This document shows positions 1 through 11,816 of a stretch of 64,000 nt of DNA, in pieces. A program made the translations under genes and the position numbers. The notes below the pieces were generated by a model that was given only the letters and a program-made list of their open reading frames with translations, ran no database searches and was not told where the DNA came from. The DNA lies in the NCBI RefSeq assembly GCF_000981445.1, contig NC_027217.1:1922001-1986000 (forward strand). Reading direction: 5' to 3'. The stretch is from Babesia bigemina. Taxonomy: Eukaryota. Numbering within the stretch: position 1 is the first letter of the stretch; every line of letters starts with the position of its first letter.

Positions 1-971
1 ACTGACGAACCACAAAAGTATTATGATGAAGCATTTAGCGTATGTGAAATAATCATAACATGGGTTCTGCTAAGTCCAATTTTTAATTGGGCTATTTGAA
101 GATACAAAACCTTGCATTGGAAGACGGAGTACCACTTTATGTATATCTACTCAATAATCCTCACAGACGATGTTATCTTTCAAGGCGATGGGGATCCCGT
201 GCAACCTAGAAAATACGGCACGTAGTTTATTAACCAGCGCAACTGGTTTGTAAGTCAACGGACCGGAAAATGATAATAGTGAATAGATGTACAAATATGG
301 TATCAACACAGTCGCCCGTGACACTCACTGATGGAGGGTGGTCAGGTGCACCTTTGACTCCGACAACTGCTGCCTGATCCAGCTTTATGGGGCAAAACAA
401 TGGAACTACCCATAAGACCTATAAACGGAAAAATCACTTCAATAATCGACGCCGTCATGATCGATCAGCTGGTTCAGATAAGAGCACCCATGTTCACGAA
501 CTTTGCTATTATCAAAGATTGAGTTGCTGAGTTGTACAATGTACATTTGTTTATACATATTGTAATCAACTGCCGTTCCGCTTTTCAGTAACTGCTGTGC
601 TGCTAAGCTACGCCGACTCATCGCAGCTCGTCAATTCTCCTGAAAAGATGTAGAGCCGTTTACGCCGTTATTTCTCAACTGTGAGTCTTCTTGCAACCTC
701 TGTTAAGGGTACGAAAATGAAGGCGTGGTACGAGACAACAGCACTCCAATTTTCGTTCTTGATGCGATTATAGGTAGACTTAGAAATGTATTTGGCCTCC
801 ACTGACTAACTCGATCTGGTTATCTATGCTTCTATGTAATGTATTGGAGTTTGCTGCATTTGGAAATTTTAAAACGTTTTATGGGCACTACCAATACGGC
901 TGCTCGCTTGGTTCACGGACGCAAAACCTTCTGTTATACATATAAATCTGCAGCTAACCTATTATATTTGT

Positions 972-1712
972 TCAATACAGCCCCCAGAATCCAGAGAAGT
1001 CGTAGATTACGGCCAACATTGGTACATCCAGACCTCTCAACGCCTTGCGGATGTCGAGAGAAGTTAAGTCGCTACGGCATTGCGGCACTGTGTAACCCAC
1101 GGCTTTCATCACTTTCGCCAAGTGTATTTCCTCCTTTGAACCCGGTCCTGCTTCTACTGCAGCTTTGGCTGCTTCCTTCAAAGAACGTAAGCCAACGTAT
1201 AGGATCGGCGCGATTCCCACGAGGACCACCGCGCAAGCTTCCGGATATTCGTCACATGATTCTTCCCATGTCACATCTGAGGCGTAAGCAGACCTATACT
1301 TCTCGTGGTCTTTTATATCATCCAAGAACATATCGCAAACATACAGCGCTTTGCAGGCGCTCCTTGCCAGGGTCCTGGGGCCGACACCCCTGGCCGATCC
1401 GACATGCACCTTTAGGCTTTGAGGGTCGTTGCCGGTAGTATTACTCGAGGGCTTATTGATCCGATCCAACACACTTCTAACGAACTTCTGGTTCCTGATC
1501 TCTTTTCGCTCCAAGAAGTCCTTGGTTATCTGCTTTATAACCTCAAGAGCCGGTAACATCTTCACTGCAGCAGGCTGGCGTTCGTACATACGGGTAAGAC
1601 CCAGGCCCATAGACCACCAGGTTCTAGAATCCTCATTGACCTTCGTGGCGAGCAGCCAGTCAATGGCCTCCTTTAGGTCCCGAGGAACCATAGTCAACGA
1701 ATCGAACGGCAT
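972..1712 (-). CDS. Short VESA1-N-terminus-like protein (ves-related family), paralog 1
   Basis: 246-aa ORF. SLTxxPxxLKEAIDW N-terminus resembles VESA1; Y(R/E)SAY..W..SC...PEACAVVLVGIAP core and terminal YDxSGFWxxY are shared with 26737-27495 and 43532-44317. Confidence 0.8.
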   Translation of the reverse strand: MPFDSLTMVPRDLKEAIDWLLATKVNEDSRTWWSMGLGLTRMYERQPAAVKMLPALEVIKQITKDFLERKEIRNQKFVRSVLDRINKPSSNTTGNDPQSLKVHVGSARGVGPRTLARSACKALYVCDMFLDDIKDHEKYRSAYASDVTWEESCDEYPEACAVVLVGIAPILYVGLRSLKEAAKAAVEAGPGSKEEIHLAKVMKAVGYTVPQCRSDLTSLDIRKALRGLDVPMLAVIYDFSGFWGLY

Positions 1713-2199
1713 TGTGTAAAATGTGTTATATTTTGCAAACTCTATACGTGTATGGTATGTTTAGTATAATTAAAAGCCGCTTCTAAATCAGCCTGCGTAT
1801 TTAAACAGCAGCGTGAACGCCAACTACGTCGTAATGCCGGATGAGGACGACACAAGTGCCGTTGCCTTCCAATATATAAGCGCCTTATTGAAATATACAA
1901 ATGCGTCTGTAAATTAAAAAATTATATTCTGGAGTCGCGATGATGGTGAAGGCAACATATCGCGGCAAACTCCACACAATAAGCCTGGCATAGAGTATGC
2001 AAACTGCGAGTCATCGGAGTACACAAGAATCCAGCAAAATTGGTGCATAATGGGCCTAAATATGTTATTACGATTTTAAGTTATGCATAGAAGCTTGAAA
2101 TGTTGCGATGGTGTGCGATATTTCTCTTACAGAGCCCACAGCGACCTGCGTAACCTTATCGCTATCAACAACTCAATCACCCAGTGGGCGATGCAAACA

Positions 2200-2984
2200 C
2201 TACTCATTCCATCTATTGAGATCAGAATATTTGTGGTTTTGTTGAAAGCGATTGTGGCAAATCTTTATTGTCGTCTCTGTGTATTGCCGTTTGTGGCTTT
2301 TGTGCCGCGGTAATCTCTTGACAAGTGCGCTATTATCCGTTGTTCCGTACAATTGACAGGTACAACACGTGGTATATTGGCTCATTAGCTTTGCAATATA
2401 CTCATTCACCCAGTTGTAATAGTCGACTGCTGCGGAATCCAACACACCACCGTGTTTGTGACTGCTGTCTGTACGCTGACGACATTTTTTGTCTACTAAG
2501 TCTTTACAATAGGTAACTTATGTACCACTGTTATGTTTTGAGGAGTAATGAAGCGAGTTTAATATCCGGATGTTACGTTCTGAACTTTACGGCTTCAATG
2601 GAAACTTGATAGGCATCCGCCTTTGACCGATCTCCTAATTCATGCTGATGTAAATGTCGTTGTGGAAGATCTTTGTTGTGTTGTCATAGACACCAAAGAC
2701 ACACTTCATTGTATCCTCCACATCAATCCTGTTTCCATTCCTTTTGTCGCTAACTTCCGTAACCACCTTGTCAACCGCCCCGTTAAGTACTTTCACTAAC
2801 GCAGTCTAACACACCCCAAATTTTGTTCCAACACTTACAGTTCCCGATGAACTTCGTTAAATTTGTCTATAGCTTTCACAATCTCCACAAAATTATTGCT
2901 TACAGTGTGAGAAACGTTCAACTTTTCACAGACTTCCGTCGCCTTGTTTTTAGCTGTCTTGACAGCTCCATCTACATCCTTCAT
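2200..2984 (-). pseudogene. Probable decayed ves1-type (coiled, K/E/A-rich central region) fragment
   Basis: Minus-strand frame from 2984 reads MKDVDGAVKTAKNKATEVCEKL...REL*VLEQNLGCVRLR**KVLNGAVDKVVTEV with in-frame stops; lies between ves-family genes. Family call is by resemblance only. Confidence 0.4.
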
Positions 2985-3143
2985 TCATGAATTACATAGT
3001 ATAAATAAGACATTATTGCGGGTGACCAATAAAGCAACGTGCCTAACGAATAGCACCTTCACGCATAAAAAAACTAGCTGGTATATCAGGTGCTAAGTTT
3101 GGTGAGGTTGAAGTGGCGCTAAATATCACTCTTTAAGGCAATA

Positions 3144-4439
3144 CTAAAGTTGCAGGTACGTGAGTTTGCTAAGTCTGCCAACATGTGCGACTGCGAGCAG
3201 TGAGTATGGTACTATGGTGTGGGACGCCTTGGCGCGCATAATGTGAGAACGTATGCCCAATACGTCGAGGCATACTAGGAATACGTAGGCGACATACAGG
3301 AGCGATAACGACCATAGGGCCACTAGGACGCAGAAGAATGGTGCTCTGATAGTAAACAGCAATGTGTCAATGGCATGCAGGAAATTCTTCAACGTCTGCT
3401 ATTTTAACATATTGTCCAGTGCCGTACAAAAATCGTGACATCTGATCTGGCTTCTGTCCGCAACATCGGCGTACGTAAGACCATATCTATAGAGCACTGA
3501 GGATACCCCTCGGCAATGGACGATGGATTTGCATCCACATGGCGAAGTGACATGTTTGCCTTTTGTACAACCGTCACGGTTGAGGCATGGAGAGCAAAGA
3601 GAGTCGTAACAATATAAATCACCAAATGATTCTTTCAACTGGGTTAAAAAGCTCACAAGTTGAGGACAAATGTATACCAACCACGACAAATATCTTTCAG
3701 CGTAGGTGGAGGCAAAAACAGAATAGGCAGAAGAATTGAGAGGCCTAGTGACGTTACCGCAACTCTGCTTATTGCAGCCAACGAGGTATCCGAGATCGTA
3801 ACCAGCTGTTATTTCATGCATAAAGTGGGATGGAGAGTCATAGAGGTTGCGGCATGAGTCAAGGAAGGTTTTGGCAGTATCATAGTTACATCCTACCGTA
3901 TTTATGATTTCGAGGCAAATAGGCTTCTGCATACATTTGTCATCAAGTCCGTTTGGGGTTTTAGGCATTTCATTCCACATTCTTGTGAGTTGGTAATAGA
4001 AGGCAAATATGTCGGGGAAACAGCGTGGGGGAAGGCCCAGCAGACACGTAAGTGATGAGGACAGTTTGGTAAGTACACCTCCGTCACCGCAAATATCTTC
4101 TAGAACTTCACATATATCCTTGCCTTTCCGTTTCGAACATGAGAAAGCCCTGAATCCAAGAGGTGTCAAACATGGCATTCCACGCTGAGAGGTGGGACAT
4201 GTAGAACATACAAAGTTACAACCAACGGAATTTAGTTGGTGATGGAGGTGGCCCGGCAGGCAACCGGAGAGGTACGACATAAGCGGCGATCTACCTTGGC
4301 AGTCTGTATACTGAGTATCATTCTTATTACATTGCCAATCCAGCGATTTGGCATCCTTGCCGTAGCTACATTTAGCCCAACCACAGTACTTAGCACTGTG
4401 TTTACATTGGATATGAATAAATCGGAGTACTGGGACCAT
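3144..4439 (-). pseudogene. ves1: Variant erythrocyte surface antigen (VESA1) C-terminal region, pseudogene; degraded sequence probably continues to ~5500
   Basis: ORFs 3399-4439 and 3144-3392 are in the same frame, separated by one TAG (MLK*QTLKNF). Cys-rich VESA1-like motifs (GWAKCSYG, SPLMSYL, PCLTPLGFR, YLSWLVY, CKSIVHCRGV) are followed by a TM segment and an LDVLGIRSH tail. The 5' part is broken by stops and frameshifts. Confidence 0.8.
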
Positions 4440-5565
4440 GTCGCCAACTGCTACCTAACATGCCGCCAGGGAGACACCAGGCACGGGTCTTCTATAAGCT
4501 AACTGCCCCAGCAAGATATATCTAGATTGCGAACCTTACCCCATAATTCTATGGCCGAAAGATGTAGAGGTTATACATCTCCGCATCAATTGAAGCACGG
4601 GTATCGTGTGTCGCACCTTTGTATACTCATATAATATCACCGTAACGACGGAGTCGCTTGTCATACCCTTGTTCACCCAATAGCAGAGTGGAACCATGAT
4701 AATCATAACATATCTCACATTAGTTGCATACAGAATTCCGGCTGTGTAAGCACCGTACCACTTCTACAGATACGATTTAGTATACCATACTGCAGTAATC
4801 ACACAACCATGGGTCCGTTTTTTAAGTGTCATCCGAATCCAAATGAGATCGAACATCTCATTGAGCCGAGTGGTGCGGAACATGGTTGTACCCCTATTAT
4901 AAATCCTCTTTGCTGCATGAAAATTTTGTTACCGATAAGGGGCATCGTAAGACGAGGCATTAGTGTCTTGTTGCGTGTTCTGGCTCATCAAACTGTAACT
5001 TGGCTGCAGAGTCCGGTGACGGCTTGAAAATTAGGCTTCACAAATGCCACTATGGCGCATCTGAACTTTGCAAATCGTGTGATATATTGTGCTGTTAACG
5101 TACGAGTTGTGGAGAAAGTAATTCTTGTAGGTTGCACCACCGTTGTTCAACGGTGGCTAGCCGCTCATATTGTAGTTGCTCACCAACAGCGAGAGAGTTC
5201 CTGAATACAATACGAGTTTGCACATATTTGTCATTGTTACGTAGTAGAGGCATTGCCGCTTTCTTGTTTTACGACTAATTGTGTAAATGAAGATAACACA
5301 ACTTTCTTATTGGCAGAACCCAGCACCCCACTTATGAGATGACGTAATTTTGCTCAATTCTTGTGAACACAATATGTGTATCGCAAATGATTTACAAACA
5401 GGCGTATTAACACCACGTGATGCCTTTGTACCGGCAACTACAATGAGCTTTCGACAACTGAAATCGATGCTCTCACTGAAGACACAAACCAACAGATCGA
5501 CCAACATGAACAATGACAATTAAAGTGGTTCATTGCCAAAAGAGTGACCAAATCTGAGCTACTTG

Positions 5566-8463
5566 TTACTTGGCGTAATAGTTCTCGATCTGGATGGTGG
5601 ATAAGACGATGCCCTTGGTAGTGACGCAGCGGCACTCCAACGGCGGTGTCTTGCGAAGCGTCTCCCCGGGTCCAATGAGTTCGCTGTCGAATCGCAGGAT
5701 AACAAAGTGGTTAGATGAATCGTCCACTAACGACTGACTGATGTCGCTTAGGTTCTTCAGTTCACCATCCACGGAGACGTGGTTGAAACAGTTCGGTGGG
5801 TCCAGCGCGTAAGGAGCCGGGCAGTAGAACGCCGCTTCCTTGGCAGCTTGAATGTCGATCTTGCAGCCAAACTGAGGCTGCCCGTCCGCATCGTAGAGTT
5901 TGGGAGTCTCAGGTTTGAACAGCTCATCTGATTCGTATGTAACTCCGCAACCTTGCATATAGGGATCAGTGGTCTCCATGTTGACTTCAACGACGTTCCA
6001 AGTGTATAGTGACGAGTATAATAAACTGCGTAGACGCTGATATGAATAACTGTTACCAGTTAAAATGGATGAGTGCGGTTGTTCGAGCTCTTTACCGCAG
6101 ACAAATATCATGGATACATACTTTCTGTGTTTCGGATCCTTAGATACCAACACTGAGTCCCTGAACGTTTGAATTGTAAAAATCTCTCTCCATTTATGCA
6201 ACTTAGGTTTGAAAGATATCGAATAACCACCAGGAGTACTAGCAATCGAGTCGGAGTACCTGTTACGAATAAGCTGAAGCCCACGCGCCGTACGGTTCAC
6301 GCTGTAATAGTACATGTCTGGTTGCCGTGGCCACCATATCGATGGCACTATTGGCTCATTTTCAAAGTCCCTATATACGAGTCCAGGATTACACGTCATT
6401 GTCAGATGTGTGCCCAAGTTCAATACGACCGATTTTTTGGTTATGTACTCTGCTATAAGCGATCGTAATGGCATACGTTCTTCATTAGACCGTCTTGAGG
6501 AGAAAATAGGCGCATCTGAAATTTGACGTTGCATTTGAACATTATTTATATGTTCTGTTGTGAAGAAATAAGACTTCAGCATGTTATGGCTCATAACTAG
6601 CCTTGATTTTTCATACCCACGTTGGTCAACACAGAAGCAAGCGTAACTGACAGGGCTATCGTGAAGGGCGTGAAAATATAATGCCTGAAAACCCGTAATG
6701 GGGTATGGAGTTGTATTTTCCACAGATCCGTGCATTGTAACAATCTTATTACTATAGAGATCGTATCCTGTAGAGTCACAATTGTTCGGTAACAACTCCT
6801 CATCAGGTTGGCAGTAGATACCAGCCGGCTTGTTATCGCTAACAACGTTTACTGAACACTCATACGTATCCTCTATACCGTTCCCCATTCGTTTGGTCGA
6901 ACAATATTTTCTGCTTGCATATTGATCAAACACACTTGGTGTGCTCCGGTCGCAACCAACCATTTCGTAGTCATGGGTAAAAGCAAAGGCCACATTGACA
7001 GTGGCACGTGTCGTATCCGTATAATAATAGTTCCCCGGTTGAGATGTCCAATGAAACATGAACGAGTTTTGCCCGTTTCGTAAAGTAAGAGGTTTGTCTA
7101 CATGGTACTTTAGCTTCACCTCTCCTCTGTCCAGTTGGGAAACATCTAATTCGAGCGCATCGCCCGCAAGCGCTTCGTCGTACGAGAGTTCGTCGTAAGC
7201 TTCAAGGTCATAAAAATCCGTCTGTTGCCTCAGCGTAGTCAAGTTCTTTGGCATAAATCCAGTTTCATAGTCATATATGGACGGCAAATGCGAGAGTGGT
7301 AGAGCGTGAAAACCGGAGCCAACGTCACTGCCGTAACCTTCCGCGTATTCCTTGTCTATAGAACCCGGGTTCGAGGGCTGTGTTGGTACCTTTATGGTCA
7401 AGGTGCTGCCCGGATGGAGTACAACCGAACACCAGGGACCCCGCTTGGGATGCGACTTGTTGCCTTCGATCATGCTAGCTATATCACAGACGTGGTCAGT
7501 TTTCTGACGGATCTCTATACGGGCCTTGACGTGACCAGTCTCCGGATCTATGCACCTGCATTCGCCACTAAAGGGGCGCGTAGCTACCTCACCGAAATAT
7601 CGTGATACTATCCAATGCCCATAGTTTTGGAAATTCAAGTACGCATGGGGCTTCGGAGCAGCAACAACAGCGCCGTCATCGTCCAAGAGGGATTTCATGC
7701 AATCATTGGGTTCAAGACGACCTTCGCAGACAAATCCGATAAGTGATGGGGAAATAGGATCCGCCACGCATGAACGTATCCCCGTTTTGGAATCTACCAT
7801 CACATTATTCGGAGCGAACAGTAGCGAAGGGCGGCTTCCGCAACCTTGCAGCGGTAGATACCTCCGGTCTCTAGTCAATAATAAAACACCCAATGATTTC
7901 CCTATTTCCAACATTTCTTCCGTCAACGGCGTTGTTGGGATCCATGGAACAGATTCCATTTGACCAAGCTCATGGAGAACGTGGAGGTGACGCTGCAACG
8001 TATCGGTGAGAACCAAATCTTTCGGCCCACAAATGAAGATAAGGCGGCGTTGGGTAATGACAACCAATTCATCTTTTGGCAATTTGACGTGCATAGATGT
8101 TTGAGAGGGAGTGGTTTGCATCCAGAAAAACTTATTCATAGATTCGAAATGCACGACCCTTGAAATAGAAACGGAACTAAAAGCGCCATCATCACTCACA
8201 TACGTTTTGAGATGACCTTGTTCTTCCACATTCGGTTGAGGATGCCATACATACTCAGTACCGTCGACTTGGCGTGGACACATGACAGTAACGGAGTTCA
8301 TAATATCGGCGTCCATGTGGCAGCTAACGATGGCATTACCACTACGTAATCCATCTGGCCCATCAAAATCACACATAATTGCGCCAACGCATCTTGTCAA
8401 ATACCACAGAAGTACACAACATATCCATAGGGATTTCATGATGGTCAATTCGCCCATGGTCAT
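5566..8463 (-). CDS. 6-Cys (s48/45 domain) secreted/surface protein
   Basis: 965-aa ORF with an N-terminal signal peptide and repeated s48/45-like Cys patterns (QGCG...C...F.C.....P.NCF...C.C); ends ...IENYYAK with no obvious GPI/TM signal. Confidence 0.8.
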   Translation of the reverse strand: MTMGELTIMKSLWICCVLLWYLTRCVGAIMCDFDGPDGLRSGNAIVSCHMDADIMNSVTVMCPRQVDGTEYVWHPQPNVEEQGHLKTYVSDDGAFSSVSISRVVHFESMNKFFWMQTTPSQTSMHVKLPKDELVVITQRRLIFICGPKDLVLTDTLQRHLHVLHELGQMESVPWIPTTPLTEEMLEIGKSLGVLLLTRDRRYLPLQGCGSRPSLLFAPNNVMVDSKTGIRSCVADPISPSLIGFVCEGRLEPNDCMKSLLDDDGAVVAAPKPHAYLNFQNYGHWIVSRYFGEVATRPFSGECRCIDPETGHVKARIEIRQKTDHVCDIASMIEGNKSHPKRGPWCSVVLHPGSTLTIKVPTQPSNPGSIDKEYAEGYGSDVGSGFHALPLSHLPSIYDYETGFMPKNLTTLRQQTDFYDLEAYDELSYDEALAGDALELDVSQLDRGEVKLKYHVDKPLTLRNGQNSFMFHWTSQPGNYYYTDTTRATVNVAFAFTHDYEMVGCDRSTPSVFDQYASRKYCSTKRMGNGIEDTYECSVNVVSDNKPAGIYCQPDEELLPNNCDSTGYDLYSNKIVTMHGSVENTTPYPITGFQALYFHALHDSPVSYACFCVDQRGYEKSRLVMSHNMLKSYFFTTEHINNVQMQRQISDAPIFSSRRSNEERMPLRSLIAEYITKKSVVLNLGTHLTMTCNPGLVYRDFENEPIVPSIWWPRQPDMYYYSVNRTARGLQLIRNRYSDSIASTPGGYSISFKPKLHKWREIFTIQTFRDSVLVSKDPKHRKYVSMIFVCGKELEQPHSSILTGNSYSYQRLRSLLYSSLYTWNVVEVNMETTDPYMQGCGVTYESDELFKPETPKLYDADGQPQFGCKIDIQAAKEAAFYCPAPYALDPPNCFNHVSVDGELKNLSDISQSLVDDSSNHFVILRFDSELIGPGETLRKTPPLECRCVTTKGIVLSTIQIENYYAK

Positions 8464-9116
8464 GGATTTCGTGTTAAACTATCAACAAAATTTTTACCGA
8501 ATCACAACTGCATTCAACCAACACGGATGTTATAGACCTCTGCCGCTACAAAAAATTTTACGACTCATTATGATATACCAGTGGCTGCAGAGAACATCCC
8601 ATCTTCATGGGTAGCTGCCACCATACAGAGGAATTTTCCAATCTGCTCAAACCGGAATAGCTACAGGCACGCAAAAATGTGATAACATGTTCCAAATTTT
8701 GATATGGGTAGAAATGTTGATGGATATTGTAGAAAAGTAGTTGGAGAAAAAAAGGGCTCTCTGTTGGTCTGCCGAGAAGCATCTTCGCAGGTTCCTGAGC
8801 ACTTGCGTACTGCCATAACGAGCTAAACGCGACAATAACGGTTATGGCATTAGGATTAACATTCACGATTAAAAAATTGAGGCAACGCAATCACGACTCC
8901 ACAAATTCCTCTCGCCCCCGGACAGCATGTTTGCCACCAAATATATACCGCGAGAGCACAAAGAGGCACCAGCATCTTGCAGGTGGTGGAATGCTAATAT
9001 GTCGTATAAGCGACCTGTGGCGACAAATAAGACTATACAACTTGAAACAAGGAGTTGATGACGATTTGCACCAATACTGCTCAACCTTAGATTGTTTATA
9101 TTGCGCATAATCTCCA

Positions 9117-11272
9117 TCAAAGATCGTTATTCATAATTATTGTCGCACCTTTGTCGCTTGCAACCCTGTTTGACATCCCTCGCAGCCTGTTGAACGTCTT
9201 TGCACTTCTAGTTCCAAATTGTATGGCCCTTTTTTTGAAATGCACGCAATGCTTAAGTCCAATCCGTACTGCGATTTCACGCAGTATCCACTTGTTGATG
9301 TATATTGCGACCTCTCTGTTGCGGCGGTCATGTAGGAATTCGCAATTCTTGAAGGTACTGTACTGCAAGGACTGATACACTCCCAGACTTTTCACCCATT
9401 CCGGGCATTCTAACGCGTCTACAACTGTAGCAGCGTTTAGTTTCAGATGCGTGAGCACTCTAATAACCGATGGATGTAAGAATGGGTAGAGGGCCGTGAC
9501 CCCTTGAGCGTTGACCACACGATCGTCCCTGCCCAGATTGCGTTTCCATAGCCTCCGTATATCCCTGCAAACATATTGAGGTCCCAATATTTTAAAAAAC
9601 ATACTTGTTTACCTCTTTTGAGAAAGAAACGTCCGCTGTTGGCGGCGCTACAGCGTGTCTGCCATAGCCTCCGAACAGTTCGTCAGCGCCACTCCCAATG
9701 ATCACATGTTTTGAGGGTGAAGTGTAATCTTCATCAGCCGCATTGACGCTACCACGAAGTTGGATGAGTCTGCAAATTAAATCTAAACGGTATTAGTGCC
9801 ACTCACTGTTCCCAGAGTACGTCGACAACATCAGATTCATCAGATGCTGTTTTGGCATGGCGGTCGTGCTTCCTGGTATTGTCCGTCGAATGCTCGTTTT
9901 CACATGTCCCATCTTTACCACCATCGAGTTCTTCGTTGTTTGTTTGTGTATCAGAACCCTTTGAAATTGTAACCCTTAGGTTAATGGATTTCATGAGGGC
10001 AACATTCTGCTTGATCTCTTGCCACTCTTCCGTGTGGATGAATTGCGGTTGCATGACCGTTCCTTTGAGTGCCACTGCATAGTGTAGCGCAGCTGCGATG
10101 TTCAAATCCATGTGTGTGTTGTTTGGCATGATTCTTGCCATCAGTTCCTGTTCAACTTTTTTGTACTCTTCAGTTTCCACGTCGACCAGGATTAATTTGA
10201 AGTTCACCTCCGGGTAGATCCTTGTTAGATCCTCGTACGTGCATATGGCTGTAATTCTATCCGGCGCCACTTTGGGTTTGAAAGCTACATTAACTAGTTC
10301 TATGCATTCAAGATCTTTAACGTGTTGGGCCACCATCGAGGCCAACAGGCTCGAGTCGAGCCCGCCCGAGAACAGAATAGTCACTCGATCACGGATACTC
10401 CTGCTGTCACAGAGCTCCACTACAGCGCTGGCGATACCGTCGTACACCAGCTGTATCGCGTGGTTAACATCATCGATGGTCAGCACAGAATATGCGATCT
10501 TACTTTGGTGGCACAGTTTCTGCAGCATCGTTAATCCTCTATTGACCACTTTTATTTCATCATGTATAGTTATCATGAATTCCGGCGGTATTTCATACCA
10601 CTCGGTTTGCTTTCCGAAAGCCACGTCTGTTACCGTGATAACTCCATCGTGGCGCCCCCATAGCAAAGACCTGATGCCGATCTCGTCCTTGAACACGTAA
10701 ACTGTATTTGTTCTGAACGACACGTACACAATGCTGAATGAACCCGTAAGTCTCATCAGAGCCTCTGTGGCGCTTTCATGTGAAACGAAGCGCTCCTTCA
10801 ATACGTCTTCACATCCTCGCTCCACGGAGCCGTAAAACGCCACAATGGTGTATTCGTCTAGCGGCTTAACATCTGTCCCCGTCAGTTCAAACTCTGACTG
10901 ATCAGAACAAAACCTAACCTGCGTGATACCATCATGGCTCGTCCACACGAGAGTTTCGCGGTGTAATTTTGCCGGTGCTGCATCACGTCTTGCCACGCTT
11001 CTGCATTCCTGGCGCACTGAGTCAACAGCAGTGTTGCCGACGCTACTGTCGCTAACGGCACGACCACCGTTGCGGCTGCAATCGGCTGTGGAGCGACACA
11101 CTGCATTATCTTCGTCGATTTCTACCAGCCCGGTTGCATTGCATTTCTTCAGCGCCGATTCGACATCATCGACGCCAGGAATCTCCACAAGTGGTTTAAC
11201 CACAAGCCTTATATGGCGTGCAAGAGCCATATCTATGCGATATAGGTGTAATAAAACACCTCCAAGTTCCAC
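9117..11272 (-). CDS. Asparagine synthetase domain-containing protein (ASNSD1-like), at least 3 exons; start uncertain
   Basis: ILFSGGLDS PP-loop and KDEIGIRSL. Removing introns 9770-9806 (GTGAGT..TTGCAG) and 9565-9604 (GTATGT..TTGCAG) joins GSGADELFGGY and RLWKRNLGRDDR, followed by PFL and KKRAIQFG. Confidence 0.88.
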
Positions 11273-11816
11273 AGCAGCCGCGCTGGGCCAACCTTCTCTA
11301 CCAAATTCGTACCATCACGTGCCGGTGACTTATCATTGCGTTACTGACACATTTGGAGATTCCAGGATATTCATTTATAACTTCATTGCAGTCTTATTGC
11401 GATAAATGCGTGTCTATTGAGTTAGGTTCTTCCGATGCTCGTTTTGCGCATCACGGCAGTACCGCATCGTGTCATGTTGGGTGTCTAGAGTCTGTCGGCT
11501 AAAAGAAGGTATCATCGAAGTGTGCCAGGTGTTAGTTATCAATCGCAATATTCCACCGCACAAATACGGCCTTCCTGGTGAGCGTGTGTCCAGGGTGTGT
11601 CGTATCTCCAGCTCTGCATCGGCCGCGCCGGATGTGTAAGGGTTTCTGAGCGGTGTTTTCAATCTACACATCATTACATTATTACGTATGACAGTTACGG
11701 CCAATGTGCCGTGTTTCGTGCCTTTTGCAGACTTTTGTGCGATGCTTGGAGTTCCGTCTGTCTAAGCCACTGTGCGCGCTAGTCAGGTAGCGCGTTTCTT
11801 CCTTTGGTTCCCGCAA

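Noticed and set aside
1..830. Possible gene remnant at the window start
   Set aside because: Only short ORFs with no motif I can assign.
839..1438. 199-aa + strand ORF
   Set aside because: Antisense to the ves-like gene at 972-1712, which has two paralogs in this window.
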